DNA of 64,000 bases from an uncultured delta proteobacterium. GTDB taxonomy: Bacteria > Desulfobacterota > Binatia > UBA9968. Position numbers and translations under genes: made by a program. Shown here one piece after another: positions 29,162-39,086 of this stretch (the stretch's first letter is position 1; every line of letters begins with the position of its first letter). Where the stretch lies: positions 320,001-384,000 of the forward strand of contig CAWDPO010000046.1 in assembly GCA_963804165.1 (NCBI GenBank). The letters are read 5' to 3'. The notes under the pieces were generated by a model. That model worked only from the letters and a program-made list of their open reading frames with translations, made no database searches and was not told the DNA's origin.

Positions 29162-29911
29162 ATGACCGACCGTAGAGCTTTCCTGGGCTTGATGGCCTCG
29201 CTGGTCGGCTTAGCGTGGTGCGCTCTGTGGATCTGGGAGCGCTCGCCCTATGGCCGTTACCTCGGTCATCAACAACTCGGCGAGATCGACGCCGGTTCTC
29301 TCCTTCTACCCATGACGTTCTACCTGGCCGGCTGGACACTGATGACGGTGGCCATGATGTTGCCGACCACGCTGCCGCTGCTCGAAATCTTCCGTCGCCT
29401 GACGGCGCAGCGCCAGGATCGGTCCCAGCTTTTAGCCTTGGTGATTGCCGGCTATCTGGGGGTATGGATGGGGTTCGGTATTGCCGCCCACGGAGCCGAT
29501 TGGTTTTTGCATGAGATCGTCGAGCGCAGTTCCTGGCTTGAAGCAAACGCGTGGATTATCGGCGCGGGCACGCTGCTCATGGCGGGCGGCTTTCAGTTTA
29601 GCCGCTTGAAATACCGCTGTCTGGAGAAGTGCCGCGCGCCATTGAGTTTTGTCACCGAGTACTGGCGCGGTCGCCATGAGCGGCGCAACGCATTTTTACT
29701 GGGGATCAATCACGGCCTATTTTGCGTCGGCTGCTGCTGGGCGTTGATGCTCTTGATGTTCGTCGTAGGGGTTGGGAATGTTGCCTGGATGTTGTTGATC
29801 GGGGCGTTCATGGCCGCGGAGAAGAACCTGTCGTGGGGCCGCAAACTGAGCGCGCCGCTGGGTGTCGCTTTGCTCGCATGGGGCGGGCTGATTTTGCTCA
29901 ATCACGCTTAA
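29162..29911 (+). CDS. DUF2182 metal-binding integral membrane protein
   Basis: MTVAMMLP, K..CL.KCR.P, CVGCCWALM, MAAEK motifs. Confidence 0.85.
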   Translation: MTDRRAFLGLMASLVGLAWCALWIWERSPYGRYLGHQQLGEIDAGSLLLPMTFYLAGWTLMTVAMMLPTTLPLLEIFRRLTAQRQDRSQLLALVIAGYLGVWMGFGIAAHGADWFLHEIVERSSWLEANAWIIGAGTLLMAGGFQFSRLKYRCLEKCRAPLSFVTEYWRGRHERRNAFLLGINHGLFCVGCCWALMLLMFVVGVGNVAWMLLIGAFMAAEKNLSWGRKLSAPLGVALLAWGGLILLNHA

Positions 29912-29949
29912 TCGGGCGACAGCTAAAATCCACTTAGAGGTTAGCCGCG

Positions 29950-31058
29950 ATGGAACAAAAAAGCGCGAGTAAATACTTTCCGACCGTCGGCGACGGCAGC
30001 GGCCTCGCAAGAACCGATGGGCTCTATAAAGAAGAGCTGCAGCTGGCGCTGCGCAATCGCGGCATGCCCTTGGAGGGACTGCGTTATGCGATCACACCGA
30101 CCGGTCTGCACTACCTGCTGATCCACTATGACATTCCGGAGGTGAACGCCGACAAATGGCGCCTAAAGATTGGCGGGTTAGTTGCCACACCGCTCGATCT
30201 AACTCTCGACGAAATCAAAAAGCGGCCGCGCCGAACCATCCCGGTCACCCTGGAATGCGCCGGTAACGGCCGGGCTCTATTCGCACCGCGGCGCATAAGC
30301 CAACCCTGGCTTCTCGAGGCTATCGGTACGGCGGAATGGACCGGTACACCGCTTCGAAGAATCCTGCAGGAAGCCGGTGTCAGCGCCGATGCCGCGGAGA
30401 TAGTTTTTACCGGCCTGGATCAAGGAGTCGAAGGCGACCAGGTTCAATTCTACCAGCGCAGTCTGACTATCGATGAAGCGACGAGGGAGGTCTTGCTGGT
30501 CTATGAGATGAATGGGGAACCGTTGCCCCCCAACACGGCTATCCGCTGCGGCTGTTGATGCCCGGCTGGTACGTCATGGCGAGCGTGAAATGGCTGGACC
30601 GAATTGAGGCTGTTGCAGAGCCGTTTCACGGCTATCAAATGGCGCGCGCCTACCGTTACGCGCAGACAGCGGACGGTCCGGGTGATGCAGTTACCCTGAT
30701 CAGAGCGCGAGCACTGATGATTCCTCCCGGTATTCCAGATTTTATGACCCGCGATCGGTTGGTCGACTCCGGCCCTGTTACACTTACGGGTAAGGCGTGG
30801 GCCGGGAGCGCCAGCGTGTCGCGTGTCGAGGTGAGCGACGACGGCGGCGCGACTTGGTCCGAGGCCCAACTGGACGCATCGGAATCACCTTATGCCTGGA
30901 GGACATGGACGTTCATCTGGAATGCCACTCCGGGCGCATACGTGCTCTATGTTCGCGCGAGCGATGTCAACGGCAATGTGCAGCCGCTCGATCAGCAATG
31001 GAACTTCGGCGGCTACGGTAACAACGGCGTGCAGCGAGTCAAGGTTGTCGTGCGCTGA
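29950..31058 (+). CDS. Sulfite oxidase-family molybdopterin enzyme (frameshift in C-run near 30530)
   Basis: TLECAGN Mo-Cys, AEWTG, restored HGYPLRLLMPGWY..ASVKWL, C-terminal dimerisation domain VRASD..G..QP. Confidence 0.87.
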
Positions 31059-31311
31059 CGCCTCGATCATGAGCGGGGAAGGCAACCTGCAGTTCTCGCT
31101 CGGTCAGAGAACAAAGCGGCGAAGACACGTGTCATCTTCCCAACGGTAATATTCGCTTCCGTGAAATCGTTCCCTCGGCGCCGCACTCGAATTGTTCGGC
31201 GAAATCCGAGTGGTGCGCGAGGACGAAAGTGATTTTCCAAAGAGCTAGAATAGTCGAGTGGCCGGGTAGAAGCGGCAGCAGGAAAACGGCGGATCTTTTC
31301 AGGAGGGATTG

Positions 31312-31530
31312 ATGGCAATCTTCGAATCGTTGGCGAATTCTTTGAAAGTGTTGGTAGTGGGCGATCGGGTCAAGGTTACTCTCCGGCCGGAAACTGGACG
31401 CTTCCCGAATCCGACGGAAGGAAATATCACGCAAAGGGACGACTCGGGAAATTTCTCTCTAAACACTGAGCAGGGCACCATCCAAATCAGGGCTGGCGAT
31501 ATTCTCTCTGTGACCAGACTTAAATCATAG
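31312..31530 (+). CDS. Small hypothetical protein (possible SH3/Sm-like beta fold)
   Basis: Strong AGGAGG RBS; VGDRVKVTL...EGNI...I.I..GDI.SV beta-strand pattern. Confidence 0.6.
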   Translation: MAIFESLANSLKVLVVGDRVKVTLRPETGRFPNPTEGNITQRDDSGNFSLNTEQGTIQIRAGDILSVTRLKS

Positions 31531-31686
31531 GCTCCATCGGCTCTTTACAGCCGGTTCTCGCATCGCACCGACTGCCCGACTCGGGGTGTCCGGATGTGCG
31601 CACTTGTCGGGTCGTCTAGCGCTCACGGGTAACATATGCTACGCTGCGTCAATTTTTGCGTTTGACGAAAGGGAAGACATACGGGA

Positions 31687-32355
31687 GTGCAAGAGCTAAA
31701 TTGGCTGCGGCGAAGCAGCCGTGCCTTATGCGGGCTGATTATTTTCGAACTGCTTTTGAATTCGTGCTCGATGCGAGCGAGTATTCCCACCGTATCGGAC
31801 GAAGCGGTAGAACTCCTGGTCCGAAACGAGGCGGCGCAGATCATCGCCGTTAGCGAAGATCAGGACCACATTTCGGATTATCAGATTTTTCTCTCCGATT
31901 TCCCGCGGAAAGATATTTTGGGAATGAGCATCGGCAAACGCCGCATATACATTAGCCACGAACTGGCAAAGCTTGCCGCGAGACGTTCTGCGCAGCGTTG
32001 GTTACTCCGACAGACTCTGGCGCACGAAATTGCCCATGAGACCGCCGGTCATGCGACGCAGAACGGACTGACCTGGTTCAACCGCCGCACGTTAGGGAGC
32101 GGCATATCGAGTGGCGATCTGGGGCTGCCGCAAAGCGTAACATTTCGCAACTATTCGGTGGACAAGGAACTGGAGGCGGACTCGAAAGGCTTAAAGTACT
32201 GGGAGCGGCTCGGCTGGGATTGTCGTATCTGGGTAGGTATCCTGGAGAGCTTTGAGAAGCAAAACTACGCCGGCGATGTTTTCCATCCGACGGACAAGCG
32301 TTTAGAGCAAGCGCGAGGAATCTGTCTTAGGGAAGAAAAGGATGGAGTGATCTGA
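31687..32355 (+). CDS. M48-family zinc metallopeptidase
   Basis: LAHEIAH zincin motif, ELEAD third ligand, HP...RL; start uncertain. Confidence 0.78.
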   Translation: MQELNWLRRSSRALCGLIIFELLLNSCSMRASIPTVSDEAVELLVRNEAAQIIAVSEDQDHISDYQIFLSDFPRKDILGMSIGKRRIYISHELAKLAARRSAQRWLLRQTLAHEIAHETAGHATQNGLTWFNRRTLGSGISSGDLGLPQSVTFRNYSVDKELEADSKGLKYWERLGWDCRIWVGILESFEKQNYAGDVFHPTDKRLEQARGICLREEKDGVI

Positions 32356-32457
32356 CTGCTAGGTTACGATCTTCTTGATATCTCCGTGCTCGATCGTGCG
32401 CGGGTGACTCCGACAGACTGATCAAAGACAAATAATTGTCCCGTTTTAACGGCTGCA

Positions 32458-32483
32458 CGGCGAAGGCGTTAACGCCTTCGCCG
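32458..32483. repeat. Perfect 26-bp palindrome / hairpin
   Basis: CGGCGAAGGCGTTAACGCCTTCGCCG. Confidence 0.7.
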
Positions 32484-32548
32484 CGACCGGCGACTTCAGT
32501 TTCGCGAATTTTTATTCCACGTTAACGGCGGATCCATATTCTTGAGTG

Positions 32549-32782
32549 ATGACGACTTGTAACCATGCCGCGCTCGAGCTGTTGCCGGCGCGAAAGCGCA
32601 CCCTGCGCTGCCGGCACTGCCATTTGACCATCGACGGCGAGGAGCTGGGCGATAACTGTTGTCCCGAATGTTTCGACAAATCAGGTCGGCGCCGCTATGA
32701 ATTCGACGAGGTGGAATCGGCTAACGACGGCGCCGCGACCTACCGCTGCGAGCAATGCGGCGCCATCGTCAAAATTTCCTAG
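32549..32782 (+). CDS. Small Cys-rich zinc-ribbon protein
   Basis: CNH, CRHCH, CCPEC, CEQCG motifs in 77 aa. Confidence 0.7.
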   Translation: MTTCNHAALELLPARKRTLRCRHCHLTIDGEELGDNCCPECFDKSGRRRYEFDEVESANDGAATYRCEQCGAIVKIS

Positions 32783-32804
32783 CGAGCTGCGAGGTGACCT
32801 CGGA

Positions 32805-33923
32805 TTACCAAGCGCGGTACATGATTTCTAAAATTTCTCTGCGCGTTTCCGGTGTATCGATGCGTTTTGCCTGAAGCTGCGTCCGGCAGATTCGCTCGCA
32901 GAAGGCGATCACCGCCTGATTGACGATCATCGCCTTGCCGTTCATTGTCGGATGATCAGTCATTCGGCCATGGCGCAGAAAAACGGTTTCTTCGGGATGA
33001 TAGATCAAATCGTAGAAGGGAACAGCGGGCGGGATCGATTTTGCTAGGTCGATGGACGTCTGATTGTTTCTTTCAACGTCGGACTGCGCGGCTTCCGCCC
33101 ATTTGCGCGCAAACTCGGCTGGTCCAAGTTCCGCTGCCGCGAGCGCAGGTGGATGGGCCGGCGCTAAAGCGGAATAGGATTCAAGCAAAGTCGCCATGCC
33201 GTCCGCCGACTTACGGATACCGCCTTGGCCCTTGGTGGTGCTGTTGATGATTAAGCCCGCCTTGGGAGCCCAATCCGCCAACCCACCTTCATCAATGGCG
33301 ATCGCCGTGTGCCCGCCTTTTTGAATCTCCCCGCTCAACGAGATCGCATGTTCAACTGTGCGATTGCAGACGATCAGTCGTCCGCCGTCAAGTTTCTCGG
33401 CAACGTGAAGCGCTACGGCGCGCGCGGAGCCACCGGCGCCCAACAACAGCGCGTTCAGGCCCTTGAGTGTCGGAAGAAAACTTTGAGTTCTGTCCGGTTG
33501 GCGTTGCAAAATGCTTTCGATAAAACCCTCGCCGTCGGTATTATAACCGATGAGCCGCCCATCGGGTCTGCGCACGATCGTGTTCACTGCCTGGATGCGC
33601 GCGGCCGCGGGATCGAGTTCGTCAAGAAAGTCCATGACTCGAACCTTGTGCGGCACCGTCACATTGGCGCCGAGAAAGCTTTCTGAGTCTCTAAGAATGC
33701 CAAGCAACTGCCCAACATGCGCGTCGTCGACGTCGAAGGGCAGATAAAGGGCGTTCATGTCCAGGTGTCGAAACGTCGCATTCCACAACCCGGGGCTCTT
33801 CGAGTACTGCGACGGCGCGTCGCCGATCACGCCGGCAAACAGCCGGTCGTGAATGCTGGCATCATCCGCCACCGTGTTCGACAGGCAGTTTCGAACTGCG
33901 GCGATTTCTTTATGGGATGGCAT
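32805..33923 (-). CDS. aroE: Shikimate dehydrogenase family protein
   Basis: SKSP, GANVTVPHK, AVNT, GYNTDG.G, GAGGSARA, NRT, DLIYHP. Confidence 0.85.
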   Translation of the reverse strand: MPSHKEIAAVRNCLSNTVADDASIHDRLFAGVIGDAPSQYSKSPGLWNATFRHLDMNALYLPFDVDDAHVGQLLGILRDSESFLGANVTVPHKVRVMDFLDELDPAAARIQAVNTIVRRPDGRLIGYNTDGEGFIESILQRQPDRTQSFLPTLKGLNALLLGAGGSARAVALHVAEKLDGGRLIVCNRTVEHAISLSGEIQKGGHTAIAIDEGGLADWAPKAGLIINSTTKGQGGIRKSADGMATLLESYSALAPAHPPALAAAELGPAEFARKWAEAAQSDVERNNQTSIDLAKSIPPAVPFYDLIYHPEETVFLRHGRMTDHPTMNGKAMIVNQAVIAFCERICRTQLQAKRIDTPETRREILEIMYRAW

Positions 33924-33998
33924 GGCGCGTATTTGACCGCGTAGAGCTACCGCGTAAGGCGGTGTCTTCGTTAGCGGGCGGAAGAGAGCTGAACCGTG

Positions 33999-35432
33999 TC
34001 AGGCGGCCTTTTTGACCGCGAACTTGCCGTCGCTGAACAACAACTGCGTGTTCCGACCGTCCAAGACGGTGTCCATGGCGATGTCGTGTCCCCAGAGCTG
34101 GTAAAGATACTTCAACGTTTTTTCGGCATATTCGAGCTGGAGATCGCGTCCCTCGTGATGGTGCTTGAGCAGCAGGGTGCGATTGTTCGTGTAATCGGAA
34201 TCCTCGACCTTGATGACCGGTATCGTCGCGGTGCCGACGTTTTGAATTAGGGTCTCCTTGATCTCGCGCCAGTTTTCATCGTCGGCCACGCGGCTGACCA
34301 CCTGCTCGTTGCCGCGGCTCTTGTATTCAAACAGGTTGAGCTCGCGAATCAATTCCTCGGTCAGATATCGCCTCAAAAACGAAGCGTCACGCTCGACCTC
34401 GCGCACCTCGAATAATTTCTCCCGGCCATTTTTCGTGCGCGGGCCGAATTCTTCGATCTCGTCGGCGGATGGGTGGTCCCAACGCTTTTCGATGTCCTCC
34501 CAAATTTTCATGCCGACATGATACGGATTCAAACTGCCCGGACTCGGGCGTAGCACCTGAGTGTGGCGAACAAGAAACTCCAGGTGCAGTTCTTGGGGTA
34601 GCTCGAGAGCTTCGAGAATGCGCTTGTGCCAGAAGCTCGCCCAACCCTCGTTCATGATTTTCGTTTCGATCTGCGGCACGAAGTACTGCGCCTGCTCATG
34701 GACGATGGTCAAAAGGTCTTTTTCCCAGTCGGAAAATTGACGGTTGTGGTCGCGGATAAAGATTAGTAGATCTTCGTCCGGATAGAGCGGCACCTTGTTC
34801 AGATTGGGCTGTGCGGTCTCCGGGCGCCGGTGGATGCTGCTGAATGGATCCGACGGCGGCTGAGATTCCGCCATCTTCATTTTGAGCTCTTCTTCCGCGC
34901 TCGGCTTCTTGATCGCGAGGTTGCGCCGGCATTGCAGGGAAAGCGCGTGGGCGGCATCGAGAACAGCTTCAACTTTGTCCAGGCCTATGCTGGGGTCTTC
35001 GACATAGTGGCGCACGCGGTTGGCGTGGCTTTTGAACGTTTCGATGGTGTATTCCGCGCGCGTGGAACGGAAGGTAAAATTATTCTTGAAAAAATCATTA
35101 TGCCCGTAGACGTGGGCGATGGTCAGAACCTGCAAGGCGAGACTGTTGTCGCGCATGAGGTAAGCGATCGACGGATTTGAATTGATCACCATCTCGTAGG
35201 GGAGCCCGCTAACACCGTACTCGTACAAGGTTTTGAGCTTCTCAAAGTTCTTGCCGTAGGACCAGTGTGGGTAGTGCGACGGCATGCCCGAGTAAACCAT
35301 GTAAGAAAGCATGTCTTCATGGTCGCAGACTTCGAACTCTTGCGGGAACGGATCAAGCCCAAAGCGCTCCGCAAGCTTTACGATTTTTTCATTCCAGCGT
35401 TCGAGGTCTTCGATGGTGAATTCAGCGGCCAT
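33999..35432 (-). CDS. spoVR: SpoVR/YcgB family protein
   Basis: GMP.HYPHWSYGK, YEMVINS.P, HVYGHNDFFKNN, TKIMNEGWASFWH. Confidence 0.93.
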   Translation of the reverse strand: MAAEFTIEDLERWNEKIVKLAERFGLDPFPQEFEVCDHEDMLSYMVYSGMPSHYPHWSYGKNFEKLKTLYEYGVSGLPYEMVINSNPSIAYLMRDNSLALQVLTIAHVYGHNDFFKNNFTFRSTRAEYTIETFKSHANRVRHYVEDPSIGLDKVEAVLDAAHALSLQCRRNLAIKKPSAEEELKMKMAESQPPSDPFSSIHRRPETAQPNLNKVPLYPDEDLLIFIRDHNRQFSDWEKDLLTIVHEQAQYFVPQIETKIMNEGWASFWHKRILEALELPQELHLEFLVRHTQVLRPSPGSLNPYHVGMKIWEDIEKRWDHPSADEIEEFGPRTKNGREKLFEVREVERDASFLRRYLTEELIRELNLFEYKSRGNEQVVSRVADDENWREIKETLIQNVGTATIPVIKVEDSDYTNNRTLLLKHHHEGRDLQLEYAEKTLKYLYQLWGHDIAMDTVLDGRNTQLLFSDGKFAVKKAA

Positions 35433-35442
35433 AGGGGGGAAA

Positions 35443-36624
35443 CTACGCGGCGTCTTCGCGAGCGCGGTCCTTGCTCAGAAAGGTCTTGAATGAATTCCAG
35501 ATGTCTTCCTTCTTTTGGATCTGCACCGTCTGAAAATTCCCCGCCTGGATCTGCGAAAAGAACGTAATCATGCTGCTGCCGTAGTAGCCCGAGCCGAGCG
35601 GCTTGATTTCGCCGTAGCCGAATAGATTCGTCGTCTCGGTGAGCTGCTGCGCGGCCTTGAGGGCGGCCTCATTGTCCGACTCGAAGTTATCGCCGTCAGA
35701 GCAATGAAACACGTAAACGTTCCACAGCGCGGGGTGGTAGCGCTGCTCGATAATCTCCAGCGCTTTATTGTATCCCGAAGAAATAAACGTGCCGCCCGAT
35801 TCGCCCTTGTGAAAAAATTCTTCCTCCGTCACTTCATGGGCCTCGGTATGATGCGCAATAAAGACGATCTCGACATTTTGATAACGCGTGCAGAGGAACT
35901 GGTACAGCAGAAAGAAGAAACTGCGCGCGAGGTATTTTTTCATCGTGTCCATGGATCCGGACGTGTCCATGATGCAGAGAACGACAGCGTTGGATTCATT
36001 GCGCGTGTCGGTGATCGTGTGGTGGTAGCGTAGATCGTCTTCGTGAAATGGAAAGCGTTGCGGCTGCGCGGCGCCGGGATGATGTTTGATCGAGGCCTTC
36101 TTGCGCTTGACGCGCGAACGAGCGGTGCGTTTTTTATCCAAACGCACGCGGATTCCTTTGCGGCGAAATCCTTTCTGGCGGAACTGACGTTCGATCTCGA
36201 TCTGGCGCAGCCGTTTTCGTTCGATGTCGGGCAATTCCAAATCTTCGAACATCAAATCGATCAGCTCATCGAGGCTGACGTCGGTTTCGTAGTAGTCGAC
36301 GCCGGGACGGTCGCCGGCTTGATGACCGGATTTGCCGTCTTTGCCCTGTCCGACGACGTCCCCGGGCCTGGGCTCGCCGTCACCGCCTTGACCGACTCCG
36401 GGGGCGTTCTCGCCGTAGATGAAGCGGTATTCCTTAACGCCGCGGATGGGGACCTTAATAATCCGGTTCTTGTCTTTGCCGATGATGGATTCTTCGGCGA
36501 TGATATCGGCGATGTTATTGCGGATCGCTTCGCGAACCTTCTGCCGGTGGCGCAGGCGATCGCTGGCGCTGCGATCGCTGCGCTGGCCGGATGATGAATT
36601 GTACGGGCGAAAGATCGTGGACAA
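35443..36624 (-). CDS. yeaH: YeaH/YhbH (DUF444) VWA-like protein
   Basis: DRLRH, MDTSGSM, FIAHHTEA, ESGGT..SS, SDGDN. Confidence 0.92.
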   Translation of the reverse strand: MSTIFRPYNSSSGQRSDRSASDRLRHRQKVREAIRNNIADIIAEESIIGKDKNRIIKVPIRGVKEYRFIYGENAPGVGQGGDGEPRPGDVVGQGKDGKSGHQAGDRPGVDYYETDVSLDELIDLMFEDLELPDIERKRLRQIEIERQFRQKGFRRKGIRVRLDKKRTARSRVKRKKASIKHHPGAAQPQRFPFHEDDLRYHHTITDTRNESNAVVLCIMDTSGSMDTMKKYLARSFFFLLYQFLCTRYQNVEIVFIAHHTEAHEVTEEEFFHKGESGGTFISSGYNKALEIIEQRYHPALWNVYVFHCSDGDNFESDNEAALKAAQQLTETTNLFGYGEIKPLGSGYYGSSMITFFSQIQAGNFQTVQIQKKEDIWNSFKTFLSKDRAREDAA

Positions 36625-36671
36625 CGGGTTACCCGAAAAGCGTTTGGCCGTGGGTCAACTAGAACGCTCCG

Positions 36672-38606
36672 CTAGTCCTTCCACAAGTTATTGGCCGCGT
36701 ACTTGAGCACGACGTCGACGCAACTGGGGCAGTACCCATGCTCGAGCAGAGTCTTGACCATGGCGTCGTATTTCTCCGACTGTTCTTCGTCGCGCATGCG
36801 CGCTTTGGTGATCACGCGGCTCAAATCGCGCACCGAGGTGATGAGCTTCTTTTCGATGGCTTCTTTCAAAGGCTCGTAGCTTCGATAGTCGATCTTTTCG
36901 CCACGCCGGTTAGCGGCCCACAGGTAGGCGATCACTTCCTGTCGGAACCCATCCGCGGCCGAGCCGATGATGGCAATCTGCTCCTCGATCGACTTCATGA
37001 AACCTTCGTCGGGCGCCAGCTCTTCCTTGGTATTACGATCTTTGACTTTGCTCTTGTTGACGTAGGCTTCCGCGTGATCGAGATAGTTTTGGAACAACGC
37101 CTCGGCCTGTTCTTGATACGAATACACAAAGGCGCGGGTGATCTCCTTTTCGAGGATTTCCAGGTATTCCTTATGGAGCGTATCCTGCAGGAACTCCAGA
37201 TATTGCTTTCGAGTGTCGTCCGGCATGTCCGCTTCTTTGACCATGTTGATGAATGCTTCGCGCACGTTGATCGGATTGATGCAGTTGCCCGCATGGTTAT
37301 CCGAGAGGGCATTGTCCAGAGCTTTCATGATAAAGCGCGTGGAAATCCCCGACATGCCTTCCCGCTTACTGCTGTCGCGCAGCTCTTGAACGTCGACTTT
37401 TTTGGTCCGGCCTTTTTCGATGACTTCTTCGCCGTTGTAGAGCTTGAGTTTCGTCATCAAGTCGCATTTGTTGGTCGGCTCGAGGCGCGAAAGGATGGCG
37501 AACATGGAAGCGACTTCCAGGGTGTGCGGCGCGACGTGGGCGCGAAAATCGGAGTTGCGGATGATCTTTTGATAGATTTTAACTTCCTCGGAAAGTCTCA
37601 AGTTGTACGGCACCCGGACCACGACGATGCGATCAAGGATCGCTTCGTTGGTGTGATCCGCTTTAAACTTTTGCCATTCCGCTTCGTTCGAGTGCGCCAC
37701 GATCACGGTGTCAACGTACACCAGGCCGTGACGACCCGGCGCCGGCACCACTTTTTCCTGGGTCGCGGTGATCATGCAATGGAGGTATTCGATCTCGTTC
37801 TTGAAGACTTCGATAAACTCGACGAGACCACGGTTGCCGATATTGAGCGCGCCGTTCAACTCCAGCACCCGGGGGTCGCCTTCAGAATAAAGATCCAGCT
37901 TCGAAATGTCTTCACTGCCGATCAACACCGAAGTGTCCTGGTTGTTCGGGTCGACGGGCGGCACTACGCCGATGCCGACTCGCGAACGCTTGGAAAATTC
38001 CGCCGTGCAGACCGGAAACTCCTCATATTTGCCGCCGTACTCGTGAACGAGTTTGTAACGGCAGACCGGACAAAGATCGCCCTCGACGTGGACGCCGAGC
38101 ATTTTTTCAAATTCCTTGCGCAAGTGGCGCGGAATCAAATGCAAGGGCTCTTCGAACATCGGACAACCTTCGATGGCATAGAAGGGATCGCTCTCCTCGA
38201 GACCGCGATGCAGCTTCTCCACCAGCGAACTCTTGCCCGAGCCCACCGGGCCCATCAAATAGAGCACCTGACGGCTCTCTTCGCCCTTGAGCGATGCGGC
38301 GTGAAAATAACGGACGATTTGCGAAAGTGTTTTTTCGATTCCGAAGAATTCATCGTTGAAAAAATCAAACAGCTTGATGGACTCGTCTTTGTACAACCTT
38401 TTGACGTGGGGATCGCTATTTTCATGAATGTCACGAACGCCGGATTTCATGATCGTGTCGTACGTCCGAGCATGGGAGAGCTTGGCGATCGTCGGGTCGG
38501 CCTTGACCTTCTCGAGATAGCCGAGCAAATTTCCGCGCCAGGAACGAGACTGATGTAGGTCGCGATCTTTCTTAATGAGCGCTTCGAATTCCTTATTGTG
38601 ATCCAT
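36672..38606 (-). CDS. prkA: PrkA/YeaG family AAA+ serine protein kinase
   Basis: GPVGSGKS Walker A, NRGLVEFIEVFK, AHSNEAEW, GISTRF. Confidence 0.95.
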   Translation of the reverse strand: MDHNKEFEALIKKDRDLHQSRSWRGNLLGYLEKVKADPTIAKLSHARTYDTIMKSGVRDIHENSDPHVKRLYKDESIKLFDFFNDEFFGIEKTLSQIVRYFHAASLKGEESRQVLYLMGPVGSGKSSLVEKLHRGLEESDPFYAIEGCPMFEEPLHLIPRHLRKEFEKMLGVHVEGDLCPVCRYKLVHEYGGKYEEFPVCTAEFSKRSRVGIGVVPPVDPNNQDTSVLIGSEDISKLDLYSEGDPRVLELNGALNIGNRGLVEFIEVFKNEIEYLHCMITATQEKVVPAPGRHGLVYVDTVIVAHSNEAEWQKFKADHTNEAILDRIVVVRVPYNLRLSEEVKIYQKIIRNSDFRAHVAPHTLEVASMFAILSRLEPTNKCDLMTKLKLYNGEEVIEKGRTKKVDVQELRDSSKREGMSGISTRFIMKALDNALSDNHAGNCINPINVREAFINMVKEADMPDDTRKQYLEFLQDTLHKEYLEILEKEITRAFVYSYQEQAEALFQNYLDHAEAYVNKSKVKDRNTKEELAPDEGFMKSIEEQIAIIGSAADGFRQEVIAYLWAANRRGEKIDYRSYEPLKEAIEKKLITSVRDLSRVITKARMRDEEQSEKYDAMVKTLLEHGYCPSCVDVVLKYAANNLWKD

Positions 38607-39086
38607 TCCAGCAGCCTCCGTTTTCCGTATTGCTATGGGCAGTTATGGGTTCGCACATGCTCCCGCCAGGGAGCGCAAGGACGATGAAAATCGCCGTGAG
38701 GAGTGGATGCGGTCTATGAGATGCGATACGAGCGCGGGCGAAATTTTTGATCTCGTGCATCACCTTGCGCAAGGAAGTTGACAAACGATAAACGCGGAAG
38801 CGGGGTTAGACGGGGTCGAACACCGGATGTCTCTTAAGGCTTGCATGCGACCTCCTTCAAGCCGTCTGTCGTCCGTCATGAATCATAAAACAATAACCTA
38901 TTCTTCCATACATGGCGTCTATAGCTCTATTGCACCCCAAATTCCCGCTGAAGTCAAGAAAATTCACCTGCGGCTTCAAAACGCAGTTCCCGGTGAAACA
39001 TGACATGATTTCTCATGCGCATGATTGTCTGATAAACTCCATGGTTGCTTGATCCAAGCAACGCTGCAGTCACAATAATAATTCCG

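Noticed and set aside
30520-30560. Programmed frameshift in the sulfite oxidase gene
   Set aside because: Falls in a C homopolymer within a conserved motif; same pattern as the other likely sequencing indels
36738-38558. 606-aa plus-strand ORF
   Set aside because: Antisense to prkA; long shadow ORFs are expected in GC-rich coding DNA
33999-38606. prkA-yeaH-spoVR as a novel system or evidence of sporulation
   Set aside because: Well-known, widely conserved operon, also present in non-sporulating bacteria
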